NCBI GenBank assembly: GCA_965215015.1
Contig: OZ244042.1
Location: forward strand, 32,001-96,000
Direction: 5' to 3'
Source: Candidatus Poribacteria bacterium
GTDB taxonomy: Bacteria > Poribacteria > WGA-4E > PCPOR2b
DNA length: 64,000 bases
A model generated the notes under the pieces. That model searched no databases, was not told the DNA's origin, and saw nothing but the letters and a program-made list of their open reading frames with translations. Within the stretch, counting starts at the first letter, position 1; every line of letters starts with the position of its first letter. The position numbers and the translations under genes are program-made. Positions 10,969 to 20,144 of this stretch are shown in pieces.

Positions 10969-12405
10969 ATGTCTGATTCCAATAATCGTCAGCCTAATAT
11001 AGTCTTTATTTTAACCGATGATCAGGGACCTTGGGCGGCGGGCTGCTGTGGCAACGATGAAGTTCGCACACCAAACATAGATCGACTTGCGGAGACGGGT
11101 GTTCTCTTCGATAACTTTTTCTGTACCTCTCCCGTCTGTTCTCCAGCTCGGGCTAGTCTGATGACCGGACGGATTCCATCAGCGCATGGTGTACACGACT
11201 GGATTCGGGATGGGAATATGCCGCCGAATTCCGCGAGGTATCTTGAAGGTCTGACGTGCTACACCGATGTGCTCGGTGAAAACGGCTACACCGTCGGTCT
11301 CAGTGGGAAGTGGCACCTCGGCGATAGTATGACCCCACAGCACGGCTTCAGTCACTGGTTTGCGATGCCACTGGGTGGTAGTAAGTATAATGACGCAGAG
11401 ATGATTCGGGACGGAGCTGTGGCAGTGCAGCCCGGCTACGTTACCGATATCATCACGAACGACGCCTTGCAGTTTATTGAGGCAAACAAAAATCAACCTT
11501 TTTACCTCAGTGTTCACTACAACGCACCCCACACGCCGTTCGACGGGCACCCACAGGATATTGTGGATTCTTACGATGATTGTCCATTCAAAACGTGTCC
11601 CCAAGAAGCGGCACACCCGTGGGCTGTCCCCGGTGCTCGGATACATTTAGGAAACAGGGAATCGTTGAAGGGCTACTTTGCGGCGATTACAGCAATGGAC
11701 TTGAACGTCGGTCACATTCTAGAGAAGCTTGAGGGGCTTGGCCTGCGAGAAGACACACTAATCATCTTCAGCAGCGACAACGGCTATTCCTGTGGACATC
11801 ACGGGTTCTGGCACAAAGGAAATGGCACCTTCCCGCTGAATATGTATGAGAACTCCGTCAAGGTGCCCTTTATTATGAGCCACCCCGGAGAGCTTCCACA
11901 GGGGCGCGTTACCACAGCGATGGCAAGTCAATACGATTTCATGCCGACCCTGCTTGACTACCTCGGCTTGGAGATGCCAGCAGATCCATTGCGCCCCGGG
12001 CGGAGTTTCCGAGCAGCTTTGCTCGGTGAAACGGACGACGCACAGGATGAGGTCGTCATTTTTGACGAATACGGTCCCGTCCGAATGATTCGGACGCAGG
12101 AGTGGAAATATGTGCACCGCTACCCTTATGGGCCCCATGAACTCTATGATCTGGTGAACGATCCAGACGAGCGGAAAAACCTCGTGGACGAGAAATCGAA
12201 GGGCGCACTGGTGAAGGAGATGCGTCAACAACTCGCCTCCTGGTTCAGCCGATATGTTTTGCCGGAGCTTGACGGGACACGATTCCAAGTTACAGGTCTG
12301 GGTCATGCTGCCAAGATTGAGCCGGGGGCCTGTGGTGAAGGTGCTTTCCATCCGCTGCCAGAGGACTGGCACGAAGTCCGACAACGGCTATTCCAGCATA
12401 GGTAG
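10969..12405 (+). CDS. Formylglycine-dependent sulfatase
   Basis: PNIVFILTDDQG, CSPAR, GKWH, SDNG, ELYDLVNDPDE. Confidence 0.92.
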   Translation: MSDSNNRQPNIVFILTDDQGPWAAGCCGNDEVRTPNIDRLAETGVLFDNFFCTSPVCSPARASLMTGRIPSAHGVHDWIRDGNMPPNSARYLEGLTCYTDVLGENGYTVGLSGKWHLGDSMTPQHGFSHWFAMPLGGSKYNDAEMIRDGAVAVQPGYVTDIITNDALQFIEANKNQPFYLSVHYNAPHTPFDGHPQDIVDSYDDCPFKTCPQEAAHPWAVPGARIHLGNRESLKGYFAAITAMDLNVGHILEKLEGLGLREDTLIIFSSDNGYSCGHHGFWHKGNGTFPLNMYENSVKVPFIMSHPGELPQGRVTTAMASQYDFMPTLLDYLGLEMPADPLRPGRSFRAALLGETDDAQDEVVIFDEYGPVRMIRTQEWKYVHRYPYGPHELYDLVNDPDERKNLVDEKSKGALVKEMRQQLASWFSRYVLPELDGTRFQVTGLGHAAKIEPGACGEGAFHPLPEDWHEVRQRLFQHR

Positions 12406-12509
12406 GCACCGGTTAGGCAAGCGAGAATAAGTCACCCCTGCAATTGGATTAAACAGGTACTCGCTCAAAGCATCCAATAGAAGGTTTTATTTGGGTCAAT
12501 TGGAGAAAA

Positions 12510-12768
12510 TCTGACGAAAGAAATGAAACAGGAACCTTTCCTGGCGAATCGGAGAACGGGAAGCCGGTTCGATCGCTTTCTCGTTTTCTAACTCTCCCGT
12601 TTTCTTTTTTTTGCGTTCCCCTTCCCCCTGCTTGCGGGGGGATTGAGGGGGGTCCCTTCCCTCCCCCTGCTTGCGGGAGGACTGAGGGGGGTGCCTTCCC
12701 TCCCCCTGCTCGCGGGGGGACTGAGGGGGGTGTCCCCGCGTTTTATTAAAAGCCAGTAACTACTTATT
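12510..12768 (+). repeat. Dispersed composite repeat with three 39-bp tandem copies of the CCCCCTGCTTGCGGGGGGACTGAGGGGGG palindrome module
   Basis: CCCCCTGC at 12624, 12663 and 12702. Ends in TTTTATTAAAAGCCAGTAACTACTTAT, also seen near 42975 and in reverse near 19635 and 55600. Confidence 0.8.
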
Positions 12769-12904
12769 GCCACAAAAAATACTGCGTAACGAGTAATGCG
12801 TCAGAAGATCGTTACTATTACTTACGCATCACGGATTATGCATCCACTACGACTGCATCTGGAGTGCGTAAGTGCTTTCAAAACAGATTTCACAGGAGAT
12901 TACA

Positions 12905-14245
12905 ATGGAAAACAGAGTAACCGAAGATGTCACGGCTTCACTAGAGGAGAGCTATCGAGCGCGCACCCCACGGTCTCGGGAACTCTTTAAGCAGGCGCGA
13001 AAGACGATGCCCGGTGGGGCGAAAGGTGCCTATTTTCATCAACCGTATCCTCTCACAATGGCGCGCGGCGAGGGATGTTATCTGTACGATGTCGAAGGGC
13101 AGCGATATGTGGATTTCGCCAACCATCACACAGCACAGATACTGGGACACAATCACCCCGCAGTCATAGATGCTATTGAGAAACAGATGGCGAAGGGCAT
13201 TGCGTTGGGTGCACCGGTCGGCGTTGAGGCAGAGTTGTGCGAGGAGATGTGCCACCGGGTGGCATCCCTGGACCGGATTCGATTCTGTAACTCCGGCACC
13301 GAAGCGACACTGCACGCTATACGGCTAGCGCGCGGCGTCAGTGGACGGGCTAAGATCGCTAAGTTTGAGGGCGGCTACCACGGCAGTCACGATGTCGTCG
13401 AAATCAGTTCCGCCCCGTCTTTGGACAAAGTGGGCCCCGAAACAGCTCCCAACTCCGTTCCTTCAACAGGCGGGCTATCTCCACACGCGGCAGAAGAGGT
13501 AATTGTTCTCCCCTACAACGATGAGGCTTCGGTGGAACGCCTCGTCACGCAGCACCGTGATGAGTTAGCGTGCATTATTTTCGATACCAAAGCGGGCATC
13601 GTGCCGCAACGTAGAGAATTCGTGCAATTTGTCGGGGAGATAGCACACAAAAACGACCTGCTGTTTATTTTGGATGAAATTGTCGGTTTCCGAGTAGGGA
13701 CAGGCGGATTGCAGGAATACTACGGCATTACGCCCGACTTGACCGCCTATGGCAAGATTGTTGGCGGCGGTTTTCCTGTCGGCGCGTTTGGTGGACGATC
13801 GGATATTATGGATTTGCTAGATGGTACGCGCGGCAGCTCCGGTTTCTTCCAGAGCGGCACATTCAGCGCACATCCCATCACAATGGTAGCTGGTTTGGCA
13901 ACCTTGAGACAACTCACACCTGAAGCTTTCGCCCACCTGAACGGATTAGCCGCCCGGCTGCGTGTCGGCCTGAATGAACTGTTCGCCCGTGAAAATATCG
14001 CAGCGAAAGCGGTGAATACTGGCTCAGTGTTTAGCATTCACTTTACCAGCGAAGACCTCGTCAACTATCGCAGCCTCGCTCGCACCGATAAGGCAATGGC
14101 ACATCGCGTCTTCCTCGCGCTGTTAACAGAAGGCTATTTCTTGAGTCATGGGTTGTCTATGAACGCAATCTCACTGCCGACTGAAACCAGCCATGTGGAC
14201 GAATTGATAGAGACGGTAGGACGCGTTATCAAACAATCGCAGTGA
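12905..14245 (+). CDS. Class III PLP aminotransferase (glutamate-1-semialdehyde aminomutase-like)
   Basis: FCNSGTEA, FEGGYHG, DEIVGFR, YGKIVGGGFP, SGTFS. Diverged from canonical HemL. Confidence 0.85.
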   Translation: MENRVTEDVTASLEESYRARTPRSRELFKQARKTMPGGAKGAYFHQPYPLTMARGEGCYLYDVEGQRYVDFANHHTAQILGHNHPAVIDAIEKQMAKGIALGAPVGVEAELCEEMCHRVASLDRIRFCNSGTEATLHAIRLARGVSGRAKIAKFEGGYHGSHDVVEISSAPSLDKVGPETAPNSVPSTGGLSPHAAEEVIVLPYNDEASVERLVTQHRDELACIIFDTKAGIVPQRREFVQFVGEIAHKNDLLFILDEIVGFRVGTGGLQEYYGITPDLTAYGKIVGGGFPVGAFGGRSDIMDLLDGTRGSSGFFQSGTFSAHPITMVAGLATLRQLTPEAFAHLNGLAARLRVGLNELFARENIAAKAVNTGSVFSIHFTSEDLVNYRSLARTDKAMAHRVFLALLTEGYFLSHGLSMNAISLPTETSHVDELIETVGRVIKQSQ

Positions 14246-14273
14246 GCAACAGTGAGCAACAGGAGGAATAGTT

Positions 14274-15461
14274 ATGCACAGTGCTGATACCCATGCCTAC
14301 GATCTCCTTGTCCGCGCCGGGCGCGTTGTATGTCCGGCAACTGGACTGGATGGGCCAGGCATAGTCGCGGTTCGTGGAGATCGAATCGTCGCTGTCGGTG
14401 ATCAGATTGATGGGGCCGCGCGGGAGACACTAAATTTCCCGGATGCCATGCTGCTGCCGGGATTGGTGGACATGCACGCCCACCCCGCCCGTGAAGGCTC
14501 AAAGTATGGTGTTGACCCCGATGTTCACTTCCTCCCCCGTGGAGCGACGACCGTGCTTTCCCAAGGGGATGCAGGTGCCGGCAATTGGCCCCGATACCGT
14601 GAATCGATCATCGAAGGCGCGCAGACACGCGTCCGGTTGGCTATCAATCTCTCCGTTACGGGGGAATCGAACCCGGCGAGCGGCTGTTTCGAGAATTTGG
14701 ACGATGTGGATGTAGATGCCTGTGTGGCAGCGATTGAAGATGGAGGGGAGGCAATCTGGGGTATTGCCGCCAACATAGCCAAATCCTGTGCCGGTGATAA
14801 TGACCCTCGCGAGATTCTGAACCGGGCGTTGGCAGCCGGCAATCAAACAGATCGCCCACTACTCTTGGGCACGCGGCGGGATGCGGATTTTCCTTTGGAC
14901 GAGCAATTAGCACTGTTACGCCCCGGAGATGTAATCACTTACTGTTTTCAGAGCGATCTGGATTGTCTCGTGATGGACGGCCGTATCAAGGATGAGGCGT
15001 GGGCAGCTCGTGAGAAAGGGATACTGTTCGATATCGGGCACGGCATGAATTCATTCCACTTTGACGTGGCAGAGATAGCAATCGCGAACGGATTCCTACC
15101 AGACACCATCTCGACAGACCAATATATCCGACATGTGAATAGCAACCCGCAACATGATTTACCCCGTACCCTTTCTAAGTTAATCGCTGCCGGCATGTCT
15201 GAAGCGGACGCGTTGGCACGGGTGACGGTGTGTCCCGCAGAATTTCTCGGGCTGTCCGGGGAGGTTGGGACGTTGTCGCCCGGTGCTTGTGCAGACCTCG
15301 CCGTGTTGCGTTTCAATCAAGATGCGCTACCGCTGCAAGATGTCAAGGGACTGGAGCGGCCTGGAGGCTGTTGGGAACCGATTTTCACTGTGCGGGCGGG
15401 GGAGATTGTCCGCACCAAGACGACTGCCGCGACCGCTTCTACCACTCTTGGTAGATCTTAG
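14274..15461 (+). CDS. Amidohydrolase/deacetylase-family metallohydrolase (dihydroorotase-like)
   Basis: PGLVDMHAH, DAG, LRPGDVIT, FDIGHG, PDTISTD, GTL..GA.ADL. Confidence 0.85.
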   Translation: MHSADTHAYDLLVRAGRVVCPATGLDGPGIVAVRGDRIVAVGDQIDGAARETLNFPDAMLLPGLVDMHAHPAREGSKYGVDPDVHFLPRGATTVLSQGDAGAGNWPRYRESIIEGAQTRVRLAINLSVTGESNPASGCFENLDDVDVDACVAAIEDGGEAIWGIAANIAKSCAGDNDPREILNRALAAGNQTDRPLLLGTRRDADFPLDEQLALLRPGDVITYCFQSDLDCLVMDGRIKDEAWAAREKGILFDIGHGMNSFHFDVAEIAIANGFLPDTISTDQYIRHVNSNPQHDLPRTLSKLIAAGMSEADALARVTVCPAEFLGLSGEVGTLSPGACADLAVLRFNQDALPLQDVKGLERPGGCWEPIFTVRAGEIVRTKTTAATASTTLGRS

Positions 15462-15529
15462 ATGCTCACGTAGCGGGGAATTGCCCACGACATTCTTGGC
15501 GACCGAACCGGATTACGAACCCATACGCG

Positions 15530-15803
15530 TGGGACGAGTCTCGTGAATCCGGTAACGAAAATGGAAACCGACGCACAACTTGAAGTGTGAGCGCATAATC
15601 GGGGCTCCGCAGATGTTACAGCGTTGGGTAAATATTATCGCCGCATCGTGCACAACGATGGCGAAATCATCGTTGAAACTTGCTGCCATCTTCAAAGCAC
15701 CGAAACAGCGTTTCACGTCACGATTGAGCTGTATATCACCGTCAACGGCTTACCGCACCATCAACGGCGGTGGGTACGGACGTTTCCCCGCGCCTTGCTG
15801 TGA
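15530..15803 (+). pseudogene. C-terminal remnant resembling a CocE/NonD (X-Pro dipeptidyl peptidase) hydrolase
   Basis: A frame not in the ORF track reads ...STETAFHVTIELYITVNGLPHHQRRWVRTFPRALL* with an internal TGA at 15588. It resembles CocE/NonD C-termini and has no N-terminal part. Confidence 0.45.
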
Positions 15804-16085
15804 AATTCCATTAAGGTTGCCGCAGATTTGTGGATATAGTAAAATAGAGACCCAAACGGCAAACAGTATCTTAGATAGACAGCCGAGGATATAGGATGAA
15901 GGTCACTGCCTTCATGCAATCGTCGTCATTGCATATAATGACGAGTTTGTTTACGTTAAAGATTTGAAGTTTACGAACGCGCCCCAAAAAGTCATATAGC
16001 AAGATTTTTCTGCTGCATGGGATGCGGTAGGATATTTCAGAGCAATTCTCGCAAAATAGCTATAAACTGAAAGGAGCTACTAATT

Positions 16086-16940
16086 ATGGACCTTACACGA
16101 CAGCCACCACGGCGTCCATCAAACCTGAGCCTCGCCGGCATTGTCGGCGCAGCACGAATGACCGACAAAGCCAGAGCGCATAACAACGGAACGACCGGCG
16201 ATTACCTCTACGGAGAGGATTCCGGTCTAGACCAGAAAGTTCTCGAACTACTGGGAATTGCAGCCGATGACTTTGCCAAAGCTGCTGATGAACACGATGA
16301 TGAAACCTTGCAGGCGTGGGTGTTCAAAAACTCGAGCGTTACGGAGACAGAGATTGATGCGTTTAATCAGCGGGAATTGAGCCTTGAGCCGCCGAACGAG
16401 GAGTATAAGCAACGCTTGAGAGATCGGCTTGCCAAGTACGCCCCCGGTAGGACAGATATCACAACAGTACTTCAATCGGTAGAACTAGATGATTGGGGTG
16501 GTTTCTGGCAGGTTGACTTGACGGTCGGCCCCCCGCGTAGTCCCCATTCTAAGGAGGTCGTAGGCTGCCATGGTGTCGCACGGATGGCAGATAAAGCGCG
16601 CGCAGCACGCGCCGGAAAAATCGGAGAATATCGGTATGGCGAGGATTCCGGACAGGATAGACGTATCTTGGAGTTTCTCGGTATCTCTGAGGAAGATTTC
16701 CAAGATGCCGCGGTCAACAACCCCAACGACATTGAGATTGGTACATGGGTGCTTGAAAACAGCGGTAAAGGGGCAGATGAAATCGCAGCCTTCAATGAAC
16801 GTATGGCAAATTGGGGGCCTGAGGATGAGTCGTCAAGAGCCTATTTTGAAAAGCGGCGTCAAGAGGTAGATCCAAGCCGTACAGACATTAAGACTTGGGC
16901 AGACCTTCAAGACATTGACGACAAACTCAGTTTCGAGTAG
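16086..16940 (+). CDS. Tandem DUF5069-like domain protein
   Basis: Two copies of DLT..PPR.P...G..G.ARM.DKARA...G..G.Y.YGEDSG.D..L..LGI; AAGGAG RBS. Confidence 0.75.
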   Translation: MDLTRQPPRRPSNLSLAGIVGAARMTDKARAHNNGTTGDYLYGEDSGLDQKVLELLGIAADDFAKAADEHDDETLQAWVFKNSSVTETEIDAFNQRELSLEPPNEEYKQRLRDRLAKYAPGRTDITTVLQSVELDDWGGFWQVDLTVGPPRSPHSKEVVGCHGVARMADKARAARAGKIGEYRYGEDSGQDRRILEFLGISEEDFQDAAVNNPNDIEIGTWVLENSGKGADEIAAFNERMANWGPEDESSRAYFEKRRQEVDPSRTDIKTWADLQDIDDKLSFE

Positions 16941-17976
16941 GCCGAAAATTGAGTATATCGAGGACGGTTGCGGTTTTATCATCGACAAGCACGACCCCCA
17001 GATTGCCCCAACCGTGATTGTGGTAACTGACAAACCAAGCAAACCCTTGAAATAAGGCGTATCCGTGCACACCTGTGTGCGCTGTTAGGTGTGTACGGAC
17101 ACGTTCATCCCTATTAGCAATCCTCAACGCTTGTGTGGATGTTAATTGTGGAGCAGGACTGATAGATGGACGGGATAAGTCCCTCAACATAGATTCTGCT
17201 TCGGTGGGCAAGGTTTTTGTCGGTTTGCCCTCAGCGAGTTCGCGTAACAGGGCTGCCCATTGACGATATGCGTTTCGGACTTTTTCATACTGCGTGACAC
17301 AGTTCGCCTCTACCTTTGAGAGGTCATTTGCCGCACGACGGGAAATTACCTCTCGGCCCACGCCCTCTGCTGCGCCACCGACCGCATCGCGATTCAGAGC
17401 ACTCCACCGGAAATAGGCGACTGTTATCTCGTTATATTGGTCAGCACACATCTCCGCAGCATCGGCTTCGAGATAAAGAACAGCGGCAAAATTCCCCCTC
17501 CTTTTGAAAATTTCCTGTTCCACTCTAAAAAAACTAGGGTAGATACCGTAATGATAAAATCGATTCGGATAGATCTGTGCCCACGTTGAAATAAACTGCG
17601 TAATTTTCTCGTGTTCCACCTCCAGTTCGGGCGAAGTCCCCTCTATTTCTGACCTTTTCCACTTTGCCTTCGCAGCCTTTAGATGGTATTCTCGCCGTTT
17701 CTTTATATTCGCTAATTCTCTACGACTCCGCTCCACCCGTACATCTTTTCCATGACGGAGATAGTAGCGAATTTGGATTTCCGTCATCGGAATAGAGATG
17801 ATTTTCAGACAGTCCGCAGCTGCTTCGTGCCACAGGGCTGCCTTGGCAAAGTTTCCCTCCCGTTCATACCGCTGGATCATAGCCGTAGCGTTGGCGGTGC
17901 CTTCACGAACTGCATGGCACAGTTGAACATAGCAAATCAACGCCCAAAGAACGATGAGGGAGTAGATTATCTTCAT
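16927..17976 (-). CDS. Hypothetical secreted helical-repeat protein with PepSY-like C-terminus
   Basis: Signal peptide MKIIYSLIVLWALICYVQLCHA; internal repeat GNFA.....EA.A; C-terminal LTSTQALRIA...WFVSY...VLVDDKTATVL. Confidence 0.55.
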   Translation of the reverse strand: MKIIYSLIVLWALICYVQLCHAVREGTANATAMIQRYEREGNFAKAALWHEAAADCLKIISIPMTEIQIRYYLRHGKDVRVERSRRELANIKKRREYHLKAAKAKWKRSEIEGTSPELEVEHEKITQFISTWAQIYPNRFYHYGIYPSFFRVEQEIFKRRGNFAAVLYLEADAAEMCADQYNEITVAYFRWSALNRDAVGGAAEGVGREVISRRAANDLSKVEANCVTQYEKVRNAYRQWAALLRELAEGKPTKTLPTEAESMLRDLSRPSISPAPQLTSTQALRIANRDERVRTHLTAHTGVHGYALFQGFAWFVSYHNHGWGNLGVVLVDDKTATVLDILNFRPTRN

Positions 17977-18250
17977 CTTGATAGATTCAATATTTTGGGC
18001 AGGCACAAGCCCCATCCCTACATTTGGTTAATTGCTATAGGGGCAACCCTTGTAGTTATCCTGCCGTAGGTCAATTTTCCAAAATCGACAATGCCTAGAC
18101 TCTAGCGCGAAAGTTCGGCTAATTGAGCCAAGATTGTAGTGGGGCAGGCCGGGTATTTTGTCGAGATATGAACCTCGACCGACCTGCTGTGCTAGTATTT
18201 TCCACGATTTGCGTTATATCACACCCATGTGTGATTGAAATGTCGAACTG

Positions 18251-19168
18251 TCATTTTCCGTATTTGAACCGTGCAATCGCGCCCTGCTCTACTAATTCTG
18301 CGCGGGCGTAATGCGCGGGCATCTGAGGCGATTTCCATCGCCCGGCAACCTGCATATTCACAACAGACGCCCCGGCTTGGGCAAGCGAGACAGCAGAACC
18401 GATACGAAGGGAGTGTCCAGAAATCTTGCCTTCCACACCCGCCGCGCGTGCCCTACGCTTGATAACCTTCCTTACACCATCAATCGTTAGCCTGCCCCCA
18501 GTTATGTTATCACCCCGACGAATCCACCGAAAGAGTGGACCATCAGTGATATCCCCCGATTCACAATACCGCTTTATCGCCTCCCGCGTGGGATCCCCAA
18601 TATACAGCGTCACACCGAGGACGCCCGCCGTACCCGGGTGGGTCTTTGACTGATAAACCCTCAACGCACTATCAACATCCTCTACATCTACCGCGACCGC
18701 TTCACTAATGCGTAACAGACAGTCACTCATCAGTCGAATCAGGGCCGAATCTCTCAGTCCAGCAACGGTTTCCTCCGCTTCGGCAAGCGCACAGATTCTC
18801 TCTACTTCATCCCACGTTATGCCATCCATCTGTCCTCGGCCTCTGCCTTTGCCTTTACGTCGAATGCCGGCGAGTGCCTTTTCCGTAATCTCAAAGGAGA
18901 GCTCCTTTGCCCCCACGCTGTGATTCTTCACCATCCATTTGACTGCAGCAACGATTTTACTGATGGTCGATGGCGACCTTCCGTTTTGATACAACTCTGT
19001 GATATAGTTTGCGAGTAGGTTATCGCTCAGGGAATGTCCATCCAACCAAATTTCCAACTGTTGCATCGCGAGACGATACGTCTCGACGGTGCTCGGTGCA
19101 ACGCTCGCTTTGACTAATTCCTCCGTTTCGTCGCTGATAACGACCTGCTTCCAAGCTGATGCATTCAT
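18251..19168 (-). CDS. Tyrosine recombinase (Cre-like phage integrase family)
   Basis: Catalytic set R (LLRISE), K (QSKT), HxxR (GHSLR), W (GRW), Y (AHY); N-terminal APSTVETY core-binding region; GGAGG RBS. Confidence 0.9.
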   Translation of the reverse strand: MNASAWKQVVISDETEELVKASVAPSTVETYRLAMQQLEIWLDGHSLSDNLLANYITELYQNGRSPSTISKIVAAVKWMVKNHSVGAKELSFEITEKALAGIRRKGKGRGRGQMDGITWDEVERICALAEAEETVAGLRDSALIRLMSDCLLRISEAVAVDVEDVDSALRVYQSKTHPGTAGVLGVTLYIGDPTREAIKRYCESGDITDGPLFRWIRRGDNITGGRLTIDGVRKVIKRRARAAGVEGKISGHSLRIGSAVSLAQAGASVVNMQVAGRWKSPQMPAHYARAELVEQGAIARFKYGK

Positions 19169-19214
19169 GATTATCCCTCCATGACTAAGTTCCTAATCTC
19201 TCTGATAGTTCTAT

Positions 19215-19502
19215 AGAATCCTGATTCTGACAAGTTACACCTCAGCCTCCAAAATCATCGCCGCATTCTGTCTGAATCGGGATTTACTGGATTTTAGGAT
19301 TCACAGGATTGACTCTATCCATTGCCATTGGCTATCCTGAAAATCATTCCATCTTGAGAATCCTGATTCTGACAAGTTACACCTCAACCTCCAAAATCAT
19401 CGCGACATTTGTCTGAATCGGGATTTACTGGATTTTAGGATTCACAGGATTGACTCTATCCATTGCCATTGGCTATCCTGAAAATCCTTCCATCTTGAGA
19501 AT
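19215..19502. repeat. Two near-identical direct repeats of about 142 bp, directly upstream of the recombinase
   Basis: AGAATCCTGATTCTGACAAG at 19215 and 19357. Internal inverted pair TGTCTGAATCGGGATT / AATCCTGATTCTGACA. Confidence 0.85.
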
Positions 19503-19925
19503 AGCATTTCTATAGCGTCTTATCTGTTTCTGAAGCGAATCCTCTAACGGAATGCCAACGCATTCCCTAAAACTCATGCTTTGGAGATAACGATAAGAAC
19601 CGCTTTTTGGTTGATCCACTATATTTATTGTGTATAAGTAGTTACTAGCTTTTAACAAAACACAAGCGAGCAAAGACATTGTTCAAATTTTAGGAAAACG
19701 CCAGATCATATAGGGAGAAGGTTATCACACCTTTATGTGGTTTAGGGCACGCGACTCGTGCCGGCTCCTTTATGAGCCCCCCTCAGTTAGTTTTCGGTCA
19801 TGGGATCTGCTTATGCCAGTTGTCCAGGCCGTCTTTTATCCGTGTCCTCCGTCAATCGGTGCTTATCCGTGATTCAGACAATAATATAGGAGAATTAAAG
19901 GACCCTATTTTTACCGCTTTTTCGC

Positions 19926-19954
19926 TTGATTGGTGTTATTAATCTTGATATAAT
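19926..19954 (+). promoter_or_regulatory. Putative sigma70 promoter for the large LRR gene
   Basis: TTGATT-17 bp-TATAAT. Confidence 0.55.
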
Positions 19955-20144
19955 ATCCACAACCGAACACTTTAGAATACATAGCAGCCAATATAAGAAG
20001 GCTGCTGTTAAGAAATTGTGCAACAGACCGTGAGCTTTCAAGAAAAAACTCGGGCTCTCTTCGCGCCATGTACTCTCTTTAAGCCTTACGCAGCTGATAC
20101 CAAGCAAAGGCCTCAGAAAAACTATCTATAAGGAGACACTCCCT

